This document shows positions 52,720 to 64,000 of a stretch of DNA of 64,000 nucleotides, in pieces (within the stretch, counting starts at the first letter, position 1; each line of letters opens with the position of its first letter). The position numbers and the translations under genes are program-made. The notes beneath the pieces were generated by a model, which ran no database searches, was not told where the DNA came from, and worked only from the letters and a program-made list of their open reading frames with translations. The stretch lies in assembly GCF_008831285.2 (NCBI RefSeq), contig NC_045138.2:10168001-10232000 (forward strand), written 5' to 3'. This DNA comes from Nymphaea colorata (Eukaryota).

Positions 52720-55700
52720 AGAAAATTTTGTTCTTGAAATTTTTTTTCTGTGAAAATAGTACTTGGGGATCTTGTTCTTTGCATATCAGTTTTCAACTCT
52801 CAAGTACTGTCAATGGCTCTGGGTGATGCCATTCCACCTTCACTATTATTATCCTCTTTCTTTTCAGTATATGTTTCTGTTCATCAACTATGCAAATTGG
52901 TTGGTCTGTATATGTCAAATCTTCTCAAATTTTCAAATCATGATAGTTGATTACATTACTATGATTTGGTACATACTTTCGCAACATTGACACATGTAAA
53001 ATATGATGAACCTATGAGTATTGTGGTGGCACTGCTAGTCACTATGTTATTTTTCCATCTCTTTCTAAGATTTCAAATGGTCCAATGAATCTAGGGTTCA
53101 ATTTGCCCCTCTTACCAAATCAAAAAATTCCTTTAATTTACCCCTCCCACTTCAAAGCTCAAGGGTCATCATCTCTTATCATCATAACTTTTCTAACAAT
53201 CTTCAGCCACTGATAATTTATTTGGTATCATCTTGATTTGGTCAACATATGTTGTAGAATCGAAGGATGTTCTAGTTTGATTGGCATGGGCACCCATGTA
53301 AAGCTTCAAAACGTGTCATGCCAATATTAGAATGACCAAACTATTATTATAGGTAAATTCAGCTAGTTTTACATGTTTATCCCATTTGTCTATCCATTCG
53401 ATAGAACATGCTCATAACATATCCTTCAAGGTTAGAACCATCATCTCTGTTTGCCCATCGGTTTGGGGGTGGAATGCTGAACTCATATGCAACTTGGTTC
53501 CCAAAGCAAACTAAAGGGCTTTCGAAAGGTGAATAGGGGATCTCATTCAAAAATAATTGTATGTTGTACACCATGTAGTCAAACTATTTCATCAATGTAC
53601 AATCTGACTAAAGGTTCCAATGACTGATTAGCTCTTATTGGAATGAAGTGAGTGGACTTTATTAATCGATTGACAATGACCCAAATGGCATCATATTGTT
53701 TTTGAGTCCTTGGCAATCCCATAATAAAGTCCATTGCCATATCCCCCCGTTTCCATAGGGGATTCTCAATTGGTTGTAGTAACCCTCTAGTCTTTTGGTG
53801 TTCTGCGTTAACTCGCTGACAAATAAGATATCTTGCCACATGTTTGGCAATATCAAATTCCAATTCTAGCCACCAAAATTTTCGCTGAGCATTTTGATAT
53901 TACTTGCTACTAGTTGAATTGTATACTTATGACCATGTAATTCATCCAAGAGTTTCTTTCTTACTTTTGTATCACTTGGTATCCATAACTGGACTTGAAA
54001 ACAAACACCGTCATTGCTATCCAAAGGAAAATCTGATTCACCTATCTAACATTGGGCAGTCATTTGATTATAATTAGATTGTCCTTTTTTTCTGTCTAAT
54101 CATTTCAATTAGGTTGAAAAGGGTGCCATGAAGACAATTCTTCAATTAATTTCCATTTTTGAACTATCAAATTTCCTATAGTTGCAGTACCCTTGCAACT
54201 AAGGGCATTTGCTACAAAAGTTGCCTTGCCAAGGTGGTAAGGTATCTTAAAATCATAATCCATCAAATACTCCACCACACGACGCTGTCAAGGTTCAAAT
54301 CTTTCTATGAAAACAAATAAGTAAGCGACTTATGATTTGTAAATACTTCGAATTCTATACCATATAAGTAGTCTAGCCACATTTTTAAGACATGAACCAC
54401 GTCACCAAGTTCCAAGTCATGGGTTGGGTAATTACGCTCATGTGGATGTAGTTGTTGTGAGACATAAGCGATGAATCGCCTGTTCTGCATCAGGACTGCT
54501 CCATAACCATATTGAGAAGCATCAATATAAACAGCAAATCCTTCGTTTCTAAGTGAAATAGCCAAGACTGGTGTCTTGCATAGCTTCTATTCCAAAGTTT
54601 GAAAATTTTGCTCGCATTTTTCTCCCCATTCAAACTTTATTCATTTCTTCATAAGTGCAATCATAGGTATTGCTATCTAAGAATATCCTTGTATAAACCT
54701 TAAGCAGCCAATACCAAGAAGGCTCTCATTTCAGTAACATTAGTAGGAGTCTTCCATTTTTGAACTGCATCAACTTTGGTTGGATCCACAACAATACCTT
54801 TATCAGAAATGATGTGCCCTAATAAGCTTATATCAGACAACCAAAAGTCACACTTTGAAATTTTTGCATATAACTTGTGGTGTCAAAGAATACTCAACAC
54901 TTTCCTCAAGTTGTTCCTTGTGTTTCTCTTGGGTGGATGAATAAATCAACACAACACAAATAAATACAATAACAAACTGATCAAGGAATTATTTGAACAC
55001 GATGTTCACTAAAACCATGAACAGAGCTGACACATTAGTCAATCCAAAGGGTAGAAAACAAAATTTATAATGCCCATACCATGTTCTAAAAGCAGCCTTA
55101 GGGATATCTTCTTCCTTAATTCTTAATCATGGAGAACAAATGGGTGTTCTTTGGTTGTCCAACAAATCTTCAATTTTGGGAAAGGGATACTTGTTCTTAA
55201 TGGTCACTTGATTTAGCATTTGATAATCAATGCATAATCAAAATGACCCATCCTTCTTCTTAACAAATAAAATTGTGCACCCCAAGATGATACACAGTCT
55301 ATTAAATCCTTTATTGGTAAGCTCTTGCAATTGTTTCTTTAATTCTTCTAGTTCAGTCGATTCCATTCTATAGGGTGCTTCTCAAATCGAAGTAGTACCA
55401 AGGCACCAAATCAATAGTAAACTCAATCTCTCACGGTGGAGGTAATCTTGAGAAATCTTACGGGAATACATCTCCAAACTCTCAAACCATTGGGATTTGG
55501 TCTATCTTCAGTGTTTCAGTTTTCTCTATAGCCACATAGATGAGATAGACTATGTCATAACCTTTTTTGTTTTCTCGCATCCACAAGTTGGCTACAATTA
55601 TTTCTTATGTGCGTTCACAAGTCTATTCTTGGAAGACTATAGGGTTAGAGCTATTGGCCCGTATAGTGATCATATTTCTACGGTAGTCAATGAACATATC

Positions 55701-56800
55701 ATGCTCACTCATCCAGCCCATACCTAGGATTATGTTAAATCCCTCTAGATCAATTATTATGAGGTTTGTTGAAAGTTTGCTTCCTAAAATTTCTATTCCA
55801 TCGTCACGTAAATACTATGTACAATATTCATGAAATTCCATGGCACTTGACACTCTAAATTCATATGGTGCATGTAGTGTTGGTAAATTTAAACATAGAG
55901 ACAAAGGTTGAGATATAAAAGAATGGAATGCTCCAAAATCAAACACAACACGTGATAATGTATGAGTAGGATAGCTTCAAGAAGATCTGGATTTTGATGA
56001 TTCATAATTGTTGTGGCATACACCCTTCCTGATACCTTCTTGTTTGAAGCTCAGTTTGCAGGTTGTGGTGGCTGAGTATGTCTAGCTTGAGGTAGTCCTT
56101 GTGGTGAAAATCTTTGTTTCTTAGTTCATTCTTTAGTGAAATGTCATTGTTCACCACAATCCAAATATGCCCTTGTGAGTCTAGGACAAGGCCTCCCAAA
56201 GTGTAGTCAATGACAAAATTGACAATCTTCATGATGGGGCTTGATTTGGAACAAAGGTTTATGAAATGGGAGTGATGAAAAGGGTTTATACTTAGGCACA
56301 AAAGGTTTCTTAGCTGAGGCATGTGGTGATGATCCAAACCCATAAACCTTTCCTTTTCCTTGAGCTTGAATTTGACTTAGAGTCTCTTGTATCTGAGTCA
56401 CTTTCTCAATTGCCAATGTTAGGTCTACATGACTTGTTCCCACTATTCTCAACCCAAACTATCATTTAGTCCTCTAACAAATTTATTTACCCTGCCCTTT
56501 TCCGTAATGCATGTTTTCAGACAGTATTTTTCCAGATGATGGAACTCAAAGATATACTCTTGAATCGTTCTACCACACGGAGACAGTCAAGGAATTATTG
56601 CAACTACCTTTCCTTGACATGATCAGGAATATATTTTTCTATAAAATTTTACTTGAATTGTTCCCAAGTTACTGCCTGACTGTCAGACTTTATCTGTTTA
56701 GTAATAAGTTTTTGAGCAAAACTTATTTTCATGTTCCGAACTACCTGATTTAATCGAACCTAAGAGTAACTACTTCTACAGCAAAACAAAAAGGTTTCTA
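52720..56800 (-). mobile_element. Degenerate Ty3/gypsy Tekay-like gag-pol with all domains (gag-PR-RT-RH-INT-chromodomain)
   Basis: gag remnant ~56000-56750; protease FDFGAFHSFIS (~55910-55945); [30 protein letters not shown] and LYAKFSKCDFWL; RNase [31 protein letters not shown]; integrase MAMDFIMGLPRTQKQYDAIWVIVNRLIKSTHFIP and GKLNPRFIGPFEIL. Confidence 0.92.
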
Positions 56801-59077
56801 TCTATCTTCTTGCCCTATTCCATCAAATATCCCTGGAGACGGGATGTAAGCACTCACAATATCTTGATTGTGCCTTATCTCTTTGTTCAACAAATGGATC
56901 ATTCTTATACAATAATCACAATGTAGCGGGTATAGTTTAGCGATAAAAGTGTGAATCATTCTATTACCAACTGAAATAGTTAGGGGTTCTTCAGTTTGAT
57001 ACATTCATATTCTGATTGTAAACTTTATTTCTTATAAGGGTTTAACCATTTCCTATCAATGCCACACCAACTGCTCTGCAGTGGGGCCAGCGGTTGGAAC
57101 AGAGACACATTTTTTTATGAATTCCAATGTGGTAGGGACCAATCAATAGTTCAAGTTACACACTCCCATAATCCATCATCGCCTTTGAGAATCCACTTCA
57201 ACTGTTACTATCAAATAAAAAAATACATTGTGGTTGAAGGGAAATATCCAAATAACATGTCATATTGTTTCTTTTTAATAGTCCATATTTATAGCAATGT
57301 AATACATTTTTTTGTTCCTACCAGTCATCAGTTGGATTCCTGTACTAAACTGCAATTATTGTAGGCACTACTCTTGAGTTGAATAAAGTAACTTTAAATT
57401 CACCCAAATCCGTAAGCAGTTCTTGACCCCGAAGCAGAGGGAAGGGATGACGGTATCTCCCCATCACCTTGAGTCCATCCAAGAAAAAATTTGAGAAATT
57501 TTCAAAAAGTATACCTACAAAAAAAATAATAATACAAAAAAGCGCATTCGATGTGAAAATATATACCGTGAAGGACAATATTTTTATTTTAAAAGTTAAT
57601 TCAAATGTTCTTTTTATAATACAGCTTACCATATTCTGTGCCAGCAATCATATCATATCAACACAACAGCAATACCGATAATTACAAGAGTTAGTTACTA
57701 GATAGGGGAAGGTTGAGGGCTTCTTCCTTATTAGATGATAGAAGAGTTAGTTACTCGACGTCTCATTCAAGCATCGCTGGTTAATTGAACGGTTGTCGGC
57801 CAAATGTTACAAGGGGTACTACTTAGGATGTTATCCGGGGCCGATTCGTGATCAGAGGGAGAGAGAGAGAATATGTGTGAATGCTAAGAACTAACGGTTT
57901 TTTTGTACTCACAAAGGCATGGCTTCCACTTGCTGAACAAGATGCGTTGCCATCCCAACAAATTGCTTTCTATACGCTGTACTCGGCCTATTAAAAGAGC
58001 GTCTTCCATTAATGTGCCTGGGGCACATTCATGAAACTCTGCCTTTCAAAGAACTTAATGTTTCTGTTAGTAAATGCCCTTTTAGGGGTGCCCATAAATA
58101 TTCTTTTTAAGATGCCAATTTTATTTAAAACAACATGCCGGCGATGACTATTATAGGTGGTATTGCCAAGAAAATGAAAAGATTTGATTTTCTTGGATCT
58201 CAAATCCAAGGTTGGATCTTCCTTATCCAAGATTTGACAAACGATGAATCTCAAAAAGGAGGGTTTCAAATCCATAAAATAGGCAATATCCTCAGGATTG
58301 GATTTCAAATCAGCACTGGATGAAATGCACAGTTTAAACAAGCTGTAGGTTAAGAATGTGAAGGGTCGGACATCCAATCTACGGATACAAAAAAAAAAAA
58401 AAAAACACAAACATAGCCCAAGGGTGCAATTGTTTTCTCTGATCTGAAGGGACCTGGAATCCCTGGTCTAGTATTCCTAAAGAATCGATTTCCGCAATAA
58501 CATTACGGCCGTGCGTGGATGCACGCTCAAAACGACGTTTCTGAGGTAAATAGTCGTTTTTATTTTCGGCATGTTTTGGCTCTACACAGAACTGGTTTAA
58601 TCGAAGTTTTGCAAAAAAGCGGGGAGAAAGTAAACGTGGATCTCGTGTTCCCAACAGGAAAAAGGCCCATGATCTAAGTTTGATGGGGTTCTGATCCAAT
58701 ATTAGATCCTCGATTGTACAAACACGCTTTCCATATCAGAGTCCTTTTCCCTGTCATTAGAGTGACTGAGCTTTTTGTGACGTGTCTAATCAAGACTTCA
58801 TTGGTCGGCATTTACCCACGGTTTTCCTCCGTCCACAAAGGTCAAGAAAATGTGGACAAACCTGTGGGGCGTCGATGGGATAAACTCCTTTTGTTAACAC
58901 TCATACATTAAATTACCTTTCTCGCTCCATAATTTACTTACAACATGTTTGATGGAAACCTTGCAAACCGTGTGCTTGGATTCTGCAAGCTTTCAAACTC
59001 GAAAGCGTTTACGTCATTGTTATGACATTATTCTTGTATAAAGCACAAGTCAAACCATGCAACCAAACCCCACTTGT

Positions 59078-59105
<28 letters not shown>
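59078..59105. repeat. (TA)n microsatellite upstream of the NTR gene
   Basis: Pure TA run. Confidence 0.9.
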
Positions 59106-59110
<5 letters not shown>

Positions 59111-59913
59111 GTTCAATGCAATTATGTAATGATGTCGTACCTGCTTAAAATTTAATAGTTATTAAATTAGTATTAACCGCAGTATACGGTGTGGTGATCT
59201 ATTATGATGACTTTAGTTGACGATGTATCATGTATGGTTTTTTTAACTTATACATATAAAACAAATAATTTGTAACACCACAAATTTGAATATGTATGTG
59301 CCATGAACAAAGCTATAGAAAAAGAAAAAAGACCAGAAAATGAGTGGCATGAGTTCAACTTGCATCGATAGTGTTTCACATATTAAAATTTCGACGTCAT
59401 TGAAAGCAAAGAAGAAAACAAATCCCACTTCCCGACACGCATTGCACCAAAAGGACAACAGAAAGGAAAAGTCAGTATTAGATAAAATGAAAATAACACC
59501 CTCAAGCAAAAGGTATATTCCACGCTTCTATTCTATTGGAGAAGGTACTTGTGCACCAATCCTTCTTTGCTTCTCACCTCGGCCTTTTCCTTCCATTAAT
59601 TGAAGGTGGCTTGTTACATGTTTGAAATGCATTGGCCCTTTCTCTGCATACTAAATTGGTAGAGGTTTGCCTAACTTTTCCAGGAAAAAAAACTGAAGAA
59701 AACACTTTCCTTGGAAAACGTTTTCCTTCTTACGCCAACAACGTTCAGAGACACGTTCGTCATTTTGGAAAATACAGAGTCCATTCTCGTCATACAGAAA
59801 AAGGAGACCGCCACCAAACCGTTAACGGTTTCCGGATGCCGCCGGTTGCTGGCGAGGGCATTCCTCTAGTCCCCATCGCTGTCCGGGCGTTGGCTCTCCG
59901 CATTATAACAGCC

Positions 59914-60895
59914 ATGCGCGCGCGGCTCCTCTCCCTCCTCCACAGAGTCAAACCCTTGACCTCCTCCGCCGGCAAGATGGATGGCCTCCAGCGCCTTCGT
60001 ACCCGCGTATGCATCATCGGCAGCGGCCCAGCCGCCCACACGGCCGCGATTTATTCCGCGCGGGCGGAGCTCCGCCCTATCGTCTTCGAGGGATGGATGG
60101 CCAACGGCATCGCTGCCGGCGGCCAGCTCACCACCACTACCGACGTCGAGAACTTCCCAGGCTTCCCGCAGGGCATCCTCGGCTACGAGCTAATGGACCG
60201 CTGTCGCGAGCAGAGCCTCCGCTTCGGTACCCGAATCATCACCGAGACGGTCACCCGGGTCGATTTCTCCGCCCGCCCTTTGTGCGTCTATTCCGATACG
60301 ACGGTCGTCGAAGCGGACTCCGTCATCGTCGCCACCGGCGCGGTCGCCAAACGCCTCCACTTCCCCGGCGCCGAGGAGTTCTGGAACCGCGGCATCTCGG
60401 CGTGCGCCGTCTGCGACGGCGCCGCGCCCCTTTTCAGGAACAAGCCTCTGGCAGTCATCGGAGGCGGCGACTCCGCCATGGAGGAATCCAACTTCCTGAC
60501 GAAGTACGGATCCAAGGTTTACGTCATCCACCGAAGGGACGCCTTCAGGGCGTCGAAGATCATGCAGAACCGGACCCTCGGAAACCCTAAGGTGGAGGTT
60601 GTCTGGAACTCGGTTATCGCCGAGGCCTTTGGCGACGCCGACGGCAGAGTCTTGGGTGGATTGAAGGTAAAAAATGTGGTGAATGGCGAAACCACAGACC
60701 TGAAGGTGTCCGGATTGTTCTTTGCAATCGGGCACGAGCCGGCGACAGCATTCTTGGAGAAACAGCTGGAGCTCGATGAAGATGGCTACATCGTAACGAA
60801 GCCAGGCACGACGAAGACGAGCGTCCCGGGAGTGTTTGCGGCCGGTGACGTGCAGGATAAGAAGTATAGGCAGGCCATCACGGCTGCAGGCACAG
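59914..60895 (+). CDS. NTR: NADPH-dependent thioredoxin reductase (NTRA/NTRB type), exon 1; exon 2 lies outside the window
   Basis: Uninterrupted GC-rich frame with the FAD motif [29 protein letters not shown], the redox site SACAVCDG, the NADPH motif [11 protein letters not shown], and [20 protein letters not shown]. It ends at a canonical donor ACAG|GTAAG (60895/60896). In-frame ATGs lie at 59836, 59914 and 59977. Confidence 0.95.
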
Positions 60896-61748
60896 GTAAG
60901 GCGCTCGCTGATGACAAAAGCCTCTTTTTTTCTTCCTCCTCTTCTCTCTATGTGTGTTTAATGGCTGCATTATTATCCCGTAGTATTGTTAATTCTTGCT
61001 ATTTTCCTATTGTCTTCTATATGATAATTTATATAAATATTGGCATGACCTGAATTTCATAATGGAGTTTTTATCAGCAATATAATGAAACCGGAAAAAA
61101 AGCCGTTATGCTTTGCTTTGATAAGATGCTAAATTTTAAATATTCATGATACGCTGTTGTTTTCTGGTCTCCTTAATTTCAAACAAATTCTTTGGTCTTG
61201 TTGAGTTATTCCGAGATTATCATATTAAAAATGAAGGCATTACTTCACCTTTTTGTTCGATTGTCGAACATAGCTTAATTTTCTGTTGTTTTTCTACTCG
61301 AAATTTTCGTCTATATGTGATCCTTTTAGTTCATATTCTTGTTCATTGTATTAAATGTTCTTTTTCCTTTCAAATATTGTCGGGCATATCTTTGCTTGGG
61401 GACATAGTGAGATTGGCACATGAATCTGAAAGATAGTGATAAGCGCTTGCGAAGCGAAGCATGCTTAATTTATCACGAATGTCCAAAATGCCTCTTGAAA
61501 ACGTGGTGATATTTATTCCTAATTTTCAGAATATAACCCCAATATTTTCACAATATCCAGCTGCTTACTTCTGCAAGTCTTCTGAGAATTCTTTCAGTTG
61601 TTTCAATAACGTTCCTGTTTCCTTTCCTTGTGTATGTTAAACTCAGAAATTTTCTCTAGAAAATAAAATTCCTAAAATATTCTATGACACTCATCCATGG
61701 CATGGATCTGAAGTTAGATTTGTTATTTTTAACTCTATGCTTGCCATA

Positions 61749-62081
61749 TTAAGTCAGATGGGTACTTCAGTAAGGTGCGTGATCGTGCCCATACCCAAAG
61801 TAGGTACTTGGACAAACCTGGGTACTTTTTAGAACAAAACTGATCCAAACTGCTTAATTTTACTTGATTTTTATTTTTCCAACTCAGTTTTCATTCTGTG
61901 TTTAGAGTTATTGTTCATTAACATGTAATGTTTTTATTTATATCACTTGTTTACCTAAATGTTACTTTCATTTTGATTTTTTTTTGTGTTATTTTTGTAT
62001 ATATATATTTCTGAAGTTGCTGTGTTCGTACCTATATCCTTGTACCCGTACCCAAACCGCACCCGTACTCATGTGACTTAT
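61749..62081. mobile_element. hAT-type MITE in the NTR intron (333 bp)
   Basis: TIRs ttaagtcagatgggtac / gtactcatgtgacttat; 8-bp flanks ttgccata / tggccata (1 mismatch); subterminal gtaccc repeats. Confidence 0.75.
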
Positions 62082-62321
62082 TGGCCATATTTGATTGAAG
62101 AGAGCTACGATGGCTGGAAGTGCTACTATTGAACAAGAGAAGATACTAGACTACCATTGTAAAGTGAAGGAGGGAGAGAAGCATAATATTTGTGGAATAT
62201 CAAAGAGAAAAATGAGAGAGAACAGGACACGATATAGGCTACATATGAACAGTACTGGTATTAGTCATGAAACAATCGTCATTGAAGTGTGATAATAAGG
62301 ATAGCCTTCAGCACTTATAGG

Positions 62322-62619
62322 CTATGATGTCACATGGGTGCCGGGTGCGGGTGCATGATGCGGCAAGTTCCAAAAAAATTGAGTGCACTGTGTGTGTGTG
62401 TGTGTTATCTGTTATATAAGTAATTTTATTTATCTATATTTTTAAACTTTTTTTTGTCAAGGTTACTTTGAATCAATATATCAATGAAAACTCAGCCAAA
62501 ACATTTTTCAGAATGGCCAAAACTCATTTGACGCTGTGTCAGGAACTCGGGCTGCACCACCACCTGCACATATGCGGGTGCAGGTGCGCCACCATAGTTG
62601 GCGCACCCGTGTGATTTAG
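62322..62619. mobile_element. hAT-type MITE in the NTR intron (298 bp)
   Basis: TIRs ctatgatgtcacatgggtgc / gcacccgtgtgatttag; perfect 8-bp TSD cttatagg at 62314-62321 and 62620-62627; gggtgc repeats. Confidence 0.88.
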
Positions 62620-63627
62620 CTTATAGGTTTCCTTGCTTTCAGTTTTGACCAAGAGTTGATTTCATGAGGCTGGAAGTTGTCAAAATTGGAGGTTGGACAC
62701 GGGTGGTTCGAGCCCCTAAAAGACTAGTGGTTCAACCATAGTCTCAAATATCATTTATGGATTTTAAAGGACAACGTTTCTCGGGTATAATACAGCAATA
62801 TTGTTTTTTAGAAAAAATGTAGTCAAACTTTAAAAAAGTTCAAAAGAAAAATCTTAAAGTAAAATGAAAAATAAAACAGTAATAGAAATGCAACTGAACG
62901 CCAAAAAACATGAAAGAAACAGGCTTTTTTTGTTTTTTGGAGTTTTTTTGTTTTGTCATTTTTTCAAAAAGCAGGTATTTTGCAGTTTTATACAGCTTAC
63001 CTATTGGTTCCACTTAGTCCAAGTTGATTGACTATAAATAAATAAATACATTTATGATTTATATGTTTATATTTATATGACCTTAATTAGAAAATCATTT
63101 ATATCTATGCAAAGAATGCACATATGTATTTGTAGGTTAGAAATTAGTTGGCTGACCAGCGACTAGGCTGGCTGTTTAACTAGTCTGACTAACTAGTCGA
63201 TTTTGAAACCATCAATAATTGACTAGTCGAATTGACAACTAAAGCCAAGTTACACTCAGTATGTCTGCAAAGAAGTTATTAAGAAGGCTGTTAAAAAAAT
63301 GAAAATATAGTAGTCAAAATATTAATTGACACTGCCCGTGCCTGGTGTCTAAGGGATCAGTCATTTTAACATTTGTAAAAAAGAAAATATTAGTAGATGT
63401 TATCTTAAAAAATAGGCAATATTTTGTGGTGGATAGTCCAAGGGGTAACCCCAGGGCTGAATGCTCTTTCAACTAGCACCTTGTAAAACTTCTATTTAGA
63501 GGAGGATATTATTGTTTTCCTCAATACTTTAATTTGTTCTGTTAGTTATTGATATCTAAAATAAAAGTTTTTGTTTCATGTATGTCCATGAATTGGCTTG
63601 GTCCTTGATAATCTTTGTTCTTGGGAC

Positions 63628-64000
63628 TAATGTTGTAAAGTGTGTATCGTAACACGTATCAATCAGGCAAATAGTTAGTTACGTTACATGTAAACATGTT
63701 TTTATCTTTTTAAAATTAAGAAATATGAACGGAACAAAAAAATATAAAAATTAAGAAATTATAGGGAAACTAGTAAAAATTAGGGAAAATATGATTTCTA
63801 TATGTTATTCATAGACTGATAATCATCAGTTTCACATCCATGATCCATCAGTTTAACTTAGAGTTTTAAACATCAAGATATAAACTTGTTCACTACAAAA
63901 GATGAATGTCAAGGTATTGTTCTTTTTCTTCTTCATCATCTTTTTCTTTATATTCTCCTTTAATTTTTGCACCATCACCACCATGTAAAATCTCTTCATC
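63628..64000. mobile_element. Diverged relative of the 13023-13729 hAT element (runs off the window)
   Basis: Starts taatgttgtaaa, has gtatcgtaa repeats and an A-rich tract, then a tcttcatcatc tract in the same order as the 13-kb copy. Confidence 0.65.

Larger units (their letters stand above)
60896..64000 (+). other. Intron 1 of the NTR gene (>3.1 kb, continues beyond the window)
   Basis: GTAAG donor with an abrupt drop in GC content. The expected C-terminal GCMAALDAEHYL-type exon was not found in the window. Confidence 0.8.

Noticed and set aside
59790..60735. Overlapping and antisense ORFs (193, 181, 83, 75 and 70 aa) over NTR
   Set aside because: These are shadow frames expected in a GC-rich exon with few stops, and they show no motifs.
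59632..61053. 473-aa ORF taken as the full NTR protein
   Set aside because: It starts at TTG in promoter-like DNA and reads through the GTAAG donor at 60896. Homology covers only ~59977-60895.
1..64000. tRNA, rRNA or organellar insertions
   Set aside because: None recognised by eye. The tggtatcagagc matches are retroelement primer-binding sites, not tRNA genes.

Overview
This is AT-rich flowering-plant nuclear DNA made up mostly of nested and decayed transposons. One host gene sits at the right end: exon 1 of an NTRA/NTRB-type NADPH-dependent thioredoxin reductase, whose exon 2 lies beyond the window. The middle of the window is a three-level nest. An old Ty3/gypsy Tekay-like element (~15.3-37 kb) is split in its integrase by a near-full-length minus-strand L1 LINE (~19.35-36.26 kb). 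The LINE is in turn split by two TSD-flanked LTR elements. One is a young non-autonomous chromovirus (20636-27843, LTRs ~99% identical, lacking RT, RNase H and the integrase core). The other is an older, apparently non-coding LTR element (29514-33749). Further right are a minus-strand Ogre/Tat pol with an additional RNase H, a decayed plant-mobile-domain (PMD) ORF and a minus-strand Tekay gag-pol. Copia and LINE remnants and several hAT-type MITEs with 8-bp TSDs are also present. The most intriguing pattern is an inference: two different chromovirus LTRs each seem to carry antisense gene-like cargo inside an LTR intron, a CpG-rich promoter/first-exon cassette in one and a PMD ORF in the other. 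All alignments, translations and counts were done by eye, and the boundaries of degenerate elements are approximate.
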